Part shown: positions 52,898 to 62,687 of the stretch, in pieces
How the letters are laid out: each line of letters starts with the position of its first letter
Position numbering within the stretch: position 1 is the stretch's first letter
Source of the DNA: Candidatus Micrarchaeota archaeon
Lineage (GTDB): Archaea; Micrarchaeota; Micrarchaeia; Anstonellales; Bilamarchaeaceae
DNA length: 64,000 nucleotides
Direction: 5' to 3'
Assembly: GCA_014727975.1 (NCBI GenBank)
Contig: WJMK01000014.1
Coordinates: forward strand, 2,558-66,557
Notes under the pieces: model-generated
What the model saw: only the letters and a program-made list of their open reading frames with translations
Told to the model about the DNA's origin: nothing
The model's database searches: none
Program-made: the position numbers and the translations under genes

Positions 52898-55117
52898 TCA
52901 GAGCGCGAATCCTGGGTTTTCTTCAAGAAACGCATCCAAGGAATCCATTACCTGCGCTTCGGTTGGTGCCTTGCCCTTGAATGTATTGCTTATGTGCTTC
53001 AGGGCAAGGTCCCTTGGCTTCACCCTCTCCCCCTCAATAGTTGCCGCCTCCTTTAGTGAAGTTGCAAGCTTGTAAAGTATTCTGCCGCGCTCATCAGGGG
53101 TAAGCCGGGAAAGCACTTTGGACCTTGTAATATATTCGATTGTATCTATAAGCGGAGTTATATCCTTGTTGGTAAGGACCCTTCTTTCGCTCTGCCAGGT
53201 ATCTGTAAAGCTTACCAGGGTTTCAAGCGCTTCTTCATACAAGTTTTGCGGAAGCTCCCTTAGGTCCTTGCTGAATTCCTTTGAGCTCTCGTCCTCAGTG
53301 AGCACCCTGCGCAGGCGTTCATCAGTGGAATCTTCCCAAACATCATTTGCATAGCCCCTGTTCTTGAATGCAGGCGCTTCGATTACAAGGCGCATCTCCT
53401 CTTCGCTCATTGAAGGTTTGAGGTTCTTCACAATGCTGTCTGCTACCTTGTCAAGGTCTCCAGGCTTGTAAACGAACTTGAGGGTTGCGAGAATTTCAGC
53501 TGAGTCCTCTACACTAAATCCTTTTCCGGAGAGGTGGACAAGGAAACCAAGGTCTGCCTGGTATGTGTTAGGCACTCTTGGACGGCCCCCTGAAGGAGCA
53601 TACATAGCCGCAAGAACTTCTGCATATTGGCCCTGCTGCTCCGCGGGTATCGGGACTCTTTCCCTGCCTTTTTTCACCGTGGTTGTGCGTATTGCCTTGC
53701 AGAGGAGCCTGACTTTCTCATCCCTCTCCGTATTAAAACCGGCTTCCTTGAATGCCGCAAAAGGCCTCCTCATCCATGCTTCGGTCATCTTAAATCTTGC
53801 AGGCGGGCTATTGAAAACTGCAGCGATGTCCTTTGGGGATTTTGCATTCTTTGCAAGCGCTTTTGCAAATACCTCAACCTGGGCGGGGTCAACATACTCA
53901 AGAATATCCTGTGCAGTAGAAGCAATCCTGTCCCTTGAAAATTTTTTTGAGGAAAGCGGAAGAAGTGCGTGGATAACAGCAACAGTTTTTCTGAGTTGGG
54001 AGTTATCCGAAGTTCTAATGAACTGCCTTGGGAACTTTGCAAGTATTGAAGCAACTTTTCCCTGCTCTTCTGTAGGAATCCCTGATGTTGAGATTAAAGT
54101 AGAAAGCTCCCCGTATGCAAATTTTGTGGAACCGCTTGCAAAAAGCTCCGCCTCCACTGCAGTTTTCTTTCTCCTGGATTTCACAGCAGGGCGTTCCCCT
54201 TCCTTTGAGCCGCCTGCAAACTTATCTACCATGCAACTTCCGCACTTGCTGAAAAGGAATCCGACTCCGAAAAGGAGCCCTCCCCCAATCAAAACCTTTC
54301 CTGCATTAATCGGGCTGATCCTGGTTGTGATTTTTGCATGTTTTTTCGTATATTCACTTGCGATTTCCTCCCCAAGCTTTGCAGAAGGGTCAAAACCAGT
54401 AAATCTCTTGACTGCCCATTTTGAACCTCCAAGAACATCCGCAAGGTTGGCTTTGGCAACGGTCTTGGCTTTTTCCCAGACCCATCCTCTTATGCCCAGC
54501 CTGCCGGGATATTTGCCCCCCCTCAGCGCATTGAAGCCCCTTCCCGCTTCAAGCAATGCGAGGTTGTCCCCTTTGTTCAGCATGCCTTCTATTGCTGTCC
54601 TTTCAGCCTCTGTGAGGGGCAAGTCCTTAAGCAGGAGTTTCAGGTTCTTTTCCCCTGCAAAATATTTCTCAAGAAAATCAGCATATTGTGCATCACTAAC
54701 ATTCTTTGCGCGGTTTAGCATGCCCACAAGCTCTTCGGAAAGCTTAACCGTGCCTCTTGCTTTGAGCGATTTTGTGATTGAAAGCAGCTCTGCACGCTCT
54801 GCAAGAGTCTGCATAAGCTCCGCCCTGGTAAATGACTTCAATTCGGACTTTGGGTATTTCTCAGGGGGATATACCTCTGCCATGTGCTCCAGGACTTTTT
54901 GTGCCCTGTCCGTTGTTTTTTCCAGCAGTTCCAGGTATTTCCCAGTAGTAAGGTCCCCTGACCTTTCAAGCTTGTTCTGGAATGCACTGGCAATCTTTCC
55001 TAGGACCTGCTCCTGGGAAGGGACTTTAAGTTTGACTTTCTTTGGTGTTTTTCCACTTAACTTGCTATCGCTAACTGTATCAAAATCCATCTGTTTTTGT
55101 CCGCCTTTTCCGCCCAT
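52898..55117 (-). CDS. 739-aa orphan protein with a single internal Gly-rich TM segment
   Basis: Long ORF with ordinary K/E/A/L-rich composition and a Lys-rich N-terminus without a signal peptide. VLIGGGLLFGVGFLFSKCGSC at residues about 273-295 (nt 54233-54301). Its own TATA-like GATTTATAAATAAG lies at 55150-55163. Confidence 0.6.
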   Translation of the reverse strand: MGGKGGQKQMDFDTVSDSKLSGKTPKKVKLKVPSQEQVLGKIASAFQNKLERSGDLTTGKYLELLEKTTDRAQKVLEHMAEVYPPEKYPKSELKSFTRAELMQTLAERAELLSITKSLKARGTVKLSEELVGMLNRAKNVSDAQYADFLEKYFAGEKNLKLLLKDLPLTEAERTAIEGMLNKGDNLALLEAGRGFNALRGGKYPGRLGIRGWVWEKAKTVAKANLADVLGGSKWAVKRFTGFDPSAKLGEEIASEYTKKHAKITTRISPINAGKVLIGGGLLFGVGFLFSKCGSCMVDKFAGGSKEGERPAVKSRRKKTAVEAELFASGSTKFAYGELSTLISTSGIPTEEQGKVASILAKFPRQFIRTSDNSQLRKTVAVIHALLPLSSKKFSRDRIASTAQDILEYVDPAQVEVFAKALAKNAKSPKDIAAVFNSPPARFKMTEAWMRRPFAAFKEAGFNTERDEKVRLLCKAIRTTTVKKGRERVPIPAEQQGQYAEVLAAMYAPSGGRPRVPNTYQADLGFLVHLSGKGFSVEDSAEILATLKFVYKPGDLDKVADSIVKNLKPSMSEEEMRLVIEAPAFKNRGYANDVWEDSTDERLRRVLTEDESSKEFSKDLRELPQNLYEEALETLVSFTDTWQSERRVLTNKDITPLIDTIEYITRSKVLSRLTPDERGRILYKLATSLKEAATIEGERVKPRDLALKHISNTFKGKAPTEAQVMDSLDAFLEENPGFAL

Positions 55118-55166
55118 TTTTTCACCATCTTAATATTATTTTAGATTTAATCTTATTTATAAATCA

Positions 55167-58100
55167 TTACTCAGCAGGGAAACCTCCTGTAGCTATCTCT
55201 ATCCTTGCCCGGGTCGCAATATCAATTATCTGCTCTGGGGAGTAATCGGTCCCATCGAGCTTCTGGAAAGCTCTTGCAAGGGTCCACCCAGAGATGTTTC
55301 CTTCCATATCTTTTTCAATAAATGCGCTGAACGCTGCATAAGAAATGTCTGAAGCCCAGTCTGTGCTTCGCCCAAAATTCAATGCGCAATAGTATGATGA
55401 TGCGATATAATCAAGGTAAGCATAGCGCTCATCAGCAGAAACGTTGCGTGACATTGACGCATACGCTTTTGCAAAGCGGTCTGGGCCTTCCCTCAGCAGT
55501 ATTGATCCCATAAAGGAAAATGTACTTACAGGGCTGTGCACCCTGAGCCTGATTCCTGTTTCAGCAAGCAGGGAATCCATGTCTGAAGCAAGCGATGAAA
55601 GCGATTTATCTGTTACTTCCCTCCCCTCCATCATCAGGGCAAGCGAACATGAAAACAGGAAGCGCTTCCTTTTCTCAATGTCCCCTCCGAGCCCAAGCTG
55701 GACTGCAAGCGGGTGCACCCCATCATCCACTTCATCCGAAATCTGGTCTATAAGGGACATTGCGCTGGCTATTTCTCGGCTTTCAAGCTGGGGAACTCCA
55801 AAATCCTCCTGCGGGAATGAAAGCAGAGATGTCACGAATTGCTGCTCTTTTTTTGTAAGCAGCTGGGCAATTTCCTCCGAAAGCTTTTCGTCTTCAATGC
55901 GCTGGAGCTCAGAATAGGCAATAACCCCTACAACTGCAGCGCCTTTTGTGCCATGCGCAGCAACCCGCGCTGCACGGGTCCGGGAAGCGCGCTCAATAAG
56001 CCTTGCTGATTTATCCCAGGCGCCCCTGCCTGCTGCGGCGCCCTTGGAGATGAGCCTCCTTACGCGGGTCCAGCTGCTGTTTATTTCCTTGGAAATTGAA
56101 ACTGCGGCTGCACGGCTTTCCAGCCCAAGGGTTACCTGCACATACTCTGCGCCCACTTTGCCCCTGCTTGCATACACAAGCTCAAGAAGCTGGGCGTTGG
56201 TTTCAGCCTGGAAGGTTTTTGCGCCGGCTTTGCTCGCCATGTCAGCAACCCTCTCATAAAGCCCCTCTGCACTAAGAAGGCTTGCTGCCTTGGCCTGGGC
56301 TGCAGGGACCATTACCCTAAAGTAGCGCGCTGCAGGCGCTGCGCCTGCTTTCAGCACAGAGCCTGCAACCCCAAAAAGTGCAAAATCAAAACCAACCATT
56401 CCCCGTGTAACTTCTGCAAAGCCCTTATTCAGACTTGATAGCGCAATGGAATAATTCCCGTTTTCTATTGCAGTGGATATTTCATTCCATTGGGAAAGTC
56501 CCCCGAATGCAGCATTCATTCCTATCCAGCCGGGAGAATACCCTACTTTCATTGCGCGCGTAGTAATCTGAACTGCCCTGGCCTTTGCAACATCCTTGGC
56601 CTTGAGCGCAATACGCGCAATCCCTGAGGAGTTTGCAATCACCATCGAGGACTTGAGGGGCTTTGAAAGGCGTATTGCCCTGAATGCACCGATTCCTGTG
56701 CGGAGGAATGCAACGCCCCCTATTGCTATATATGCAACATCTGCAGGCACCTCCCAGTAATTTCCCTTTTTTATGTCTTCATACATGAGAATGCTGCTTG
56801 CAAGGGCTGCTCCCCCTCCTGCAATCATTTTTACTGGTGTGCTTATTGCGGCAACCGGACCGCCCCCAAGCCCAAAAAGCATGTATGTTGCGCCAAGGCG
56901 CATGTCCTCAACCGCCTGCTCCAGGTTTCCTGTGCCCGAAAGGTAGCGGTGCATTGCATCCCCTGTAATGAATGCTCCGGCCGATGCAACAATGAAACTT
57001 CCTACTGATGCGCCTGTTTTTGCCCCTGCCCATGCGCCTGCAGGATTCCGGGTTGAAAGAGCGCCCGCAACCCCTCCGACCGCGGTTCCCGCACCGATTA
57101 TCTCCAGGCTGTGCTGGAGCACATAAAGCTTAAGGTAAGAGCTCGTCCTCACGTTCCATGGATTGGTGGAATCTGATGCCTCTTCTTCAAGATGCCTTTC
57201 ACTCAGCACCTGCTCCACTCCTGTGAGCATGGTTTCAAGCTCCCTGGAAAGGGTTTCCAGTTCTGAAGGCAGGAGCACCTTCTCAGCCTTCACTCCCATC
57301 CTGTCAAGCTTGGCAGAGTACTTTTTCTTTTCAGATTTGGTCAGGTCATCCGCATGATTAATGAAACCCTTGAGATAAGAGATGTGCTCCATTGCACGCT
57401 TGCCCAGGAGGCCCATCTCTTCCCGGGATTCTGCGGTGAGCTGGTGCATTGGAATGTGCTTGTGGGTAAGCAGCCTGCCCATCCCGACCGGCTGGGAAGC
57501 GCCGCGTACCTTGGCCTTTAGCGCCTTTTCCCTTCCTTTGAGGTCCACCTTCCATGCAATGCACTCAAGGTGGGCAACAAGCGAAATTGCTTCCTGTACT
57601 GCAGCTTTCTGCCAGCCGCTCAGGCCATCAAAGCCCTCCCGGCTTACCCGCTCGATTCCCCTTTTTGAAAAGCCTTTTATCCTACCAAGCGTGGCATTGA
57701 GCTGGCCGGAGACCTGCTTGTACATGGCAATCTCTATGTTTGAGTAAAGGCCGCGCTCTATCCCGCGCTCAATCTTTTCTATTGCTTCCACTCCTGTGAG
57801 GGCCCGGGTGGCCGTTTTCATCTGCATCTCTGCTGCCATTTTCTGGAGCTTTTTGAGCTTCTCCTGTGCAGGGGTTATTGTCCTGGATGCCATCTCAGAG
57901 ATTCCTTTTCCTTCTCCAAGCCACCTTATGCGGCTGGACATCTCTTTTGCAATTATGCCATAAGTGTCCGAAATTTCCTGCATCAGGCCTGCAAACTTAA
58001 CCTTGCCTTTTGAGAATGCCTCATCAGCAAGCTCTGAATATGCCATCTGCTTGTGCAGTGAAAACTTCAGCTCTTCGAAGCATCCGCTGGCAGTGAGCGT

Positions 58101-58619
58101 CTTGCTTTCATCTCCCAGGGATATTATTTTTTTCAGGCTTGATGCAAGCTCCCCTGCTTCTTCCTTAATGCTCTGGGGGAGGAAGAAAGTATTGGTGATT
58201 ACTGCAATATTCCTATCCTCAAAAATGTGTATATGCATATACGAGGGCTCTTTTTCTGTCTCTTCCCCTGCTGCTTTCCTGTCAATAAGCTCCTGGTTCT
58301 CTTTTGCGTAGTACTCCAGCTCTTCCCTGAAATCATTCCCCTTAGGCGGAAGTGGAATTGCTTCCGATGGCTTTTCGAACTGAAGGAACTCATCGGTTAT
58401 AAGGGGCTTCCTGCCCCAGAGGGTAAGGTAAGTATCATCAGTGGGGTCCGGCTCAACTCTTCCCTGCAGGAGTGCAATACCGGTTTCAAGCATCCTCATT
58501 GATTCAGAAACAGCTTCATCCTCTATAGGAGGGAGTTCTTCCCTGCGTGAGGGGACCTGGTCCAGTGGGCTCTCTGCCTTTGTTTTTTTGCCTTTCTTCA
58601 CCAGGGCGGACTTGACCAT
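55167..58619 (-). CDS. 1150-aa orphan protein with a central block of Gly/Ala-rich (glycine-zipper-like) membrane hairpins
   Basis: Lys-rich N-terminus and long helical regions. Residues about 505-760 (nt 56340-57107) contain IIGAGTAVGGVAGAL, GASVGSFIVASAGAFITG, LFGLGGGPVAAI, MIAGGGAALASSIL, IAIGGVAFLRTGIGAF and FALFGVAGSVLKAGAA. Confidence 0.6.
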   Translation of the reverse strand: MVKSALVKKGKKTKAESPLDQVPSRREELPPIEDEAVSESMRMLETGIALLQGRVEPDPTDDTYLTLWGRKPLITDEFLQFEKPSEAIPLPPKGNDFREELEYYAKENQELIDRKAAGEETEKEPSYMHIHIFEDRNIAVITNTFFLPQSIKEEAGELASSLKKIISLGDESKTLTASGCFEELKFSLHKQMAYSELADEAFSKGKVKFAGLMQEISDTYGIIAKEMSSRIRWLGEGKGISEMASRTITPAQEKLKKLQKMAAEMQMKTATRALTGVEAIEKIERGIERGLYSNIEIAMYKQVSGQLNATLGRIKGFSKRGIERVSREGFDGLSGWQKAAVQEAISLVAHLECIAWKVDLKGREKALKAKVRGASQPVGMGRLLTHKHIPMHQLTAESREEMGLLGKRAMEHISYLKGFINHADDLTKSEKKKYSAKLDRMGVKAEKVLLPSELETLSRELETMLTGVEQVLSERHLEEEASDSTNPWNVRTSSYLKLYVLQHSLEIIGAGTAVGGVAGALSTRNPAGAWAGAKTGASVGSFIVASAGAFITGDAMHRYLSGTGNLEQAVEDMRLGATYMLFGLGGGPVAAISTPVKMIAGGGAALASSILMYEDIKKGNYWEVPADVAYIAIGGVAFLRTGIGAFRAIRLSKPLKSSMVIANSSGIARIALKAKDVAKARAVQITTRAMKVGYSPGWIGMNAAFGGLSQWNEISTAIENGNYSIALSSLNKGFAEVTRGMVGFDFALFGVAGSVLKAGAAPAARYFRVMVPAAQAKAASLLSAEGLYERVADMASKAGAKTFQAETNAQLLELVYASRGKVGAEYVQVTLGLESRAAAVSISKEINSSWTRVRRLISKGAAAGRGAWDKSARLIERASRTRAARVAAHGTKGAAVVGVIAYSELQRIEDEKLSEEIAQLLTKKEQQFVTSLLSFPQEDFGVPQLESREIASAMSLIDQISDEVDDGVHPLAVQLGLGGDIEKRKRFLFSCSLALMMEGREVTDKSLSSLASDMDSLLAETGIRLRVHSPVSTFSFMGSILLREGPDRFAKAYASMSRNVSADERYAYLDYIASSYYCALNFGRSTDWASDISYAAFSAFIEKDMEGNISGWTLARAFQKLDGTDYSPEQIIDIATRARIEIATGGFPAE

Positions 58620-58742
58620 GAATAAATAGCGTTGTTTAAACGATATAAATGTTTCCTTCTACGCCCCGGGAATATGAATTGCGCAGGACTGTAAAGCTTT
58701 AAAAACATCCTGCTCCAAGTAGGTCCAACTAATGGTGATTTA

Positions 58743-59174
58743 ATGGCTGAAAAGAAACCGGAAAAGAAAGCCGAAGCACCTGCAGCAGGGAAGCCAGTGG
58801 AAAAGAAGCCGGCTGCCCCTCCAACAGGAGGAGGAAATGAAAGCAACCTTCTCGCAGCTGCAGGCTATATTGTAGGGCTGATTGCAATTATCATGTACCT
58901 TGTAAAGAAAGAGGACAAGTTCCTTAGGTTCCACGCAATGCAATCTATCCTGCTCTGGGTGGGTGCATTTGTTGTTGCATTTGTTCTCTGGATTTTAAGC
59001 GCAGTTATCGGAATGGTCCCTGTAATAGGAGTACTCGGGTGTGTATTCGGGTTCCTTGGCCTTGCAATCTGGCTTGTTGCCGTGGTTGCAGCACTTTACT
59101 GCGCATACAAGGCATTTGAGGGGGAAAAATACGAGCTTCCGTACATCGGCCCGATGGCAAGGAAGTACGAGTAA
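58743..59174 (+). CDS. DUF4870-like small membrane protein
   Basis: K/P/A-rich N-terminus, then LLAAAGYIVGLIAIIMYLVKKEDKFLRFHAMQSILLW and three TM helices. Confidence 0.55.
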   Translation: MAEKKPEKKAEAPAAGKPVEKKPAAPPTGGGNESNLLAAAGYIVGLIAIIMYLVKKEDKFLRFHAMQSILLWVGAFVVAFVLWILSAVIGMVPVIGVLGCVFGFLGLAIWLVAVVAALYCAYKAFEGEKYELPYIGPMARKYE

Positions 59175-59220
59175 ACTCCTTAATTTTTTCTTCTTTTTCC
59201 TTTTTCTTATTCTTCAGGTA

Positions 59221-59300
59221 AAACACAGAGACCAGCGTAGCACCGTGTTTTTTGGTTCTGTCTTGAGCGCTAGCTCAAGAGAAGAAATCGTTAGATTTCT
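59221..59300. terminator. Three consecutive hairpins in the convergent gap (DUF4870 gene vs PolD DP2)
   Basis: AAACAC...GTGTTT followed by a T6 run (59221-59256). TCTTGAGC-GCTA-GCTCAAGA (59261-59280). AGAAATC-GTTA-GATTTCT (59283-59300). Confidence 0.5.
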
Positions 59301-59339
59301 CAGACTTTTTGCTTAGCGTAAACCTCCTGTAAAAAGCGA

Positions 59340-62300
59340 TTACATGAAATCCGAGAGCCCTGTCTGCTTTACCTGCTCATCCTCAAATATGCTGCCGATT
59401 TCCCTCTCCAGAAGCTCAAGCCTCTGGCTCAGGTAAAGCGGAAGTGAATACTCCTCAACCATGCGCTTGGAGATTTCCAGGTATTTCATTATGCCTCCCT
59501 TGTGGATGGTGAGGGTAAGCTTGCCCCCGCAACGGGCGCATTTGCCGGAAAGGGGGGTGCGCCGGTAAATCGTATTGCAGTCCACGCAGCGGAAGGTCTG
59601 CCTGGAGTAGGAGCGGAGGTTGCCATAGAGGTCCGGGATAAAGTGGCTTAGGATAAGCCTTTCTGCAGCATTGCTTACATTCACAGGGCGTAGCTTTTCA
59701 TGGAGCCCAAACTCTGCTTCAATTTTTTCAGGGATGGAGCCCAGGGTTACATACGTTGTGCGCATCGGGCCATCGTTTATTGTTTCCGTGTCGTGGGTAA
59801 AGAGGAGGTCTGCATACTGCTCTTCTTTTCCAAGGAGGTCCTGTATAGTCTTGAGCTTCACTTCCCCGGGGAATGCGTTGCGCGCGCATGCGCGGTAGAA
59901 CTCCAGGGGGTAATGGTCTACCACCTCCATGCAATGGACCTCATCATCTACCTCACTTGGGTTGATTTGGGGGGTAATTGTAAGGGGGGCGTCCATTGTT
60001 CCGCCCCTCCTATCGGATAGGTAGGAGCGGGAAAAATTAACCAGGCAGTCTAAAAGCAAGATTATTGCATCTTCATCTCCATCGCAGTTGCGGCGCTTTG
60101 CAGTATGGAAATAGGGGTGTGCATACCCCACATTCGCATCAGTATAGCCTATTATTCTGCCAAGCACGCTCCCGGAAGTGTGGGGAGAAAGCCCTACCAC
60201 GAGGTTCCCAAAAAGGTCCTCTTTTTCCTTAATATTATAGAACGGCTTCATTCCATAAAGGTGCACAAGCAGGTCATCCACAAAATCTGCAATCCTTGCA
60301 AGGTAATCCATTCCATGGGAGGAGACTAGTATGTCCTGGCAGTTTAATGCGACTACCTGGTCTGCGCTGGTTATGGGCTTTCCCTTATGGTCCTTGGTGT
60401 AGCCAAGCCTGCGTATCCCTTCCGGGGTCTGCCCTATTTCAGAAATCCTGAAATGGGTTATGGGCGCATCAGTTGCATCGAACCTGCAGGTTCCGTCCCT
60501 GAATACATAAACTTCATGCTTTGCGCGTAGGAAGCCCTTCTCCAGATGCTCAGGGATCTTGTCCATGCTTATCATTCCCTTCACGCCGCGCACTTCAGCA
60601 GGGGCAAAACCAAGCTCTGCCTTTACCTTTTCATACATCTCAACCAGGGGAACCGGGCGTCGGTCGTAGCAGAGCGTGGGGAGCTCACAATGCTCTTTTT
60701 CAGTAGTTACTGCTCCGCACTTTTGGCACACTCTCTCTTTCTTTGCAAGCTCCCCGCAGGAATGGCAGCGGGCGTAGAAAGTGGTGGCTCCGCATCCTGT
60801 GCATTTATAGCGTGCGACTTCCGCATTTATTGAGCGCTCCTTTTGCCTTGCCTTGAGGCTCTTGTATCGCTTGGTTATGCTGCGGTCCCTCATGGTGGCA
60901 GTGGGAAAAAGCACGTGTGGGCGCCCTTCCATCATCCTTTCTTTTGCCTTTTCCGGGCGGCCCATTCTTCCGCCTATGTATGTAGGGCTCTTGTCCCGCA
61001 CCTTGACTTCCGAGAGGCTATTGATATTGTCAAGAGGGGTAAGCTCTTCATTTAATCTTGGGGGCGCGGAGATCTCTTTGCCTGAAAGCATTCCAAATGA
61101 AGAGAGCAGTGCAAAGGCTTCGTCTCCTGCCAGAACTATTTTTCCTTCAGAGACCCTGTGCTCAACAAGGAGGTCCTCCAGGGCCTCCTTCCCTCCCGGG
61201 CCAGGGAGCTCGAGTCCCACTATCTCACCTGCGTCAAGTTTAAGAATTCCTCCTGAAAGCGAAGCGGAAAGCTCCCGGAGCCGTTCATTTGTAGAATCGT
61301 TCCAGTTGTATGTGTAATCCGGATGAAGGGGGACCTTGTGCTCCCTTGAAAGCTCAAATGCCTCTTTTGCAGTAGGGGTGCCCGGAGGATTTTCAACACC
61401 TGACTCCTGTGCTTCCTGGAGCCACCACTCAGGGCAGTATCCTGCAGGCATAAGAGGGTGGTTCGATTTTGAGAAATCCCCGTATGTAACAAGCATGTCC
61501 CCAAGAAAAAGGACTTCTTCAACATCATCATGGAGCTCTTCTGCCTGTGCACTTGTTTTTATACGGACAACAGAGCCGTTTTTCAGGCGCACAACCGGAC
61601 CTTCTATAGAATCGCAGGAAGTAAGGATTGCGCCTTTTCCAGGGCGCTCAACCTTAACATGCGTCCCGTTTGCTGTAAAGGAATCAAGAAGGTGCATAGT
61701 TGCAGGGTGTATATTCCTGCCCATTATCCCATTGGTGCGGCTGTGCCCATACCTTAGCCGGAACCCTCCCTTTGCCATTGGGTAGGCAAACACCGGCCGG
61801 CCTGCAACGAGACCGTCCAGGTAGCTTGGGTCAGGCTTTATCTCCACCTTGTCCTCCTTCTTCTTTACTTTGATTACCTCCTGGAGCCAGTCCCAGTCCA
61901 GCCCGAATTTCCTTGTGAATTTGAGCACTTTGGGTGCCTTTGCAGCAATTCCCTCGCATACAACCAGGGGGACTCCCCCTCTCACACGGTTGCTCTTTAT
62001 GCGCTCCAGGTTTCTGTGCACAGAAACTTCCACTTCTTCTGTGGGGTCCCCATCTATGCAAACCGGGCAATTGCGCACTATATGCGCAACGTGGCCATCA
62101 GGAGGCTTGTACTGGAGGTGTGTGCACCTGTGCTCATACACATTTACCTCCTCAACATATCTGGCAATCTCGGTCTCGGTAGGGCGGAAATCCCCTATGC
62201 CCGCCTTCCTGCGGGCATGGTCTGCAAGGGCTACGCTCAGGGCAGCAACAGTCCCCCCCGCACTGCGGATGGGGCCTGCAAAAAGGACAGATACATACTC

Positions 62301-62681
62301 GCTCCCGTCCGGGTTCTGGCTTAACCTTACATCCGCAATCCCTTCAGTGGGGGCTACAAGCACGCCCTCTGTAAGAATGCCCACGCTGGTGCGGATTGCC
62401 TGCTCAATTAGGGTGCGCTTGTCACCCTGGATTATCTCCCCTGAAGCAATCTTCTCTGCAATATTGAACGCAATTTCCGGTCGTGACATTCCGCCCTGCT
62501 CCATCTCCCGTATTATCGATGCGATGCCCCGTGGCCCCACAAGCCCTTCAACACGTGCTGCAACATCCTTTGCAATCGGAATCTCTACCTCTGGCTCAGG
62601 GTCAAAGCCCTGCCTGCGGGCCTCCTGGGCAAGGGAGTAAACCCGATCCAGCTCTTTCCTGAGGGATTCAAAATATTCCAT
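59340..62681 (-). CDS. polC: DNA polymerase II (PolD) large subunit DP2
   Basis: 1113 aa, collinear with archaeal DP2 (N-terminal MEYFESLRKELDRVY..., Zn-finger CxxC pairs CTGCG...CHSCG and CVDC...CARCGG near the C-terminus). It lies immediately downstream of DP1. Confidence 0.9.
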   Translation of the reverse strand: MEYFESLRKELDRVYSLAQEARRQGFDPEPEVEIPIAKDVAARVEGLVGPRGIASIIREMEQGGMSRPEIAFNIAEKIASGEIIQGDKRTLIEQAIRTSVGILTEGVLVAPTEGIADVRLSQNPDGSEYVSVLFAGPIRSAGGTVAALSVALADHARRKAGIGDFRPTETEIARYVEEVNVYEHRCTHLQYKPPDGHVAHIVRNCPVCIDGDPTEEVEVSVHRNLERIKSNRVRGGVPLVVCEGIAAKAPKVLKFTRKFGLDWDWLQEVIKVKKKEDKVEIKPDPSYLDGLVAGRPVFAYPMAKGGFRLRYGHSRTNGIMGRNIHPATMHLLDSFTANGTHVKVERPGKGAILTSCDSIEGPVVRLKNGSVVRIKTSAQAEELHDDVEEVLFLGDMLVTYGDFSKSNHPLMPAGYCPEWWLQEAQESGVENPPGTPTAKEAFELSREHKVPLHPDYTYNWNDSTNERLRELSASLSGGILKLDAGEIVGLELPGPGGKEALEDLLVEHRVSEGKIVLAGDEAFALLSSFGMLSGKEISAPPRLNEELTPLDNINSLSEVKVRDKSPTYIGGRMGRPEKAKERMMEGRPHVLFPTATMRDRSITKRYKSLKARQKERSINAEVARYKCTGCGATTFYARCHSCGELAKKERVCQKCGAVTTEKEHCELPTLCYDRRPVPLVEMYEKVKAELGFAPAEVRGVKGMISMDKIPEHLEKGFLRAKHEVYVFRDGTCRFDATDAPITHFRISEIGQTPEGIRRLGYTKDHKGKPITSADQVVALNCQDILVSSHGMDYLARIADFVDDLLVHLYGMKPFYNIKEKEDLFGNLVVGLSPHTSGSVLGRIIGYTDANVGYAHPYFHTAKRRNCDGDEDAIILLLDCLVNFSRSYLSDRRGGTMDAPLTITPQINPSEVDDEVHCMEVVDHYPLEFYRACARNAFPGEVKLKTIQDLLGKEEQYADLLFTHDTETINDGPMRTTYVTLGSIPEKIEAEFGLHEKLRPVNVSNAAERLILSHFIPDLYGNLRSYSRQTFRCVDCNTIYRRTPLSGKCARCGGKLTLTIHKGGIMKYLEISKRMVEEYSLPLYLSQRLELLEREIGSIFEDEQVKQTGLSDFM

Positions 62682-62687
62682 TGCACT

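Noticed and set aside
53478-55133. 551-aa ORF on the plus strand, antisense to almost the whole 739-aa gene
   Set aside because: Its translation is S/L/A/F-rich and low-complexity (…SSSSRYFPVVRSPDLSSLFW…), which is typical of a shadow frame opposite a K/E-rich gene. There is no TATA-like box upstream. The minus-strand product has a normal protein-like composition.
55167-58619. Interpretation of the 1150-aa protein as a viral tail tape-measure protein / provirus remnant
   Set aside because: Gly-rich TM segments and long helices do occur in tape-measure proteins. However, no capsid, portal, terminase or integrase gene is nearby, and the flanks are cysS and PolD. This is kept only as an alternative to test by profile search.
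59340-62681. Intein in PolD DP2
   Set aside because: The 1113-aa length is within the range of intein-free DP2 proteins, and I saw no inserted block bounded by Cys/Ser…His-Asn. The sequence reads as contiguous DP2.
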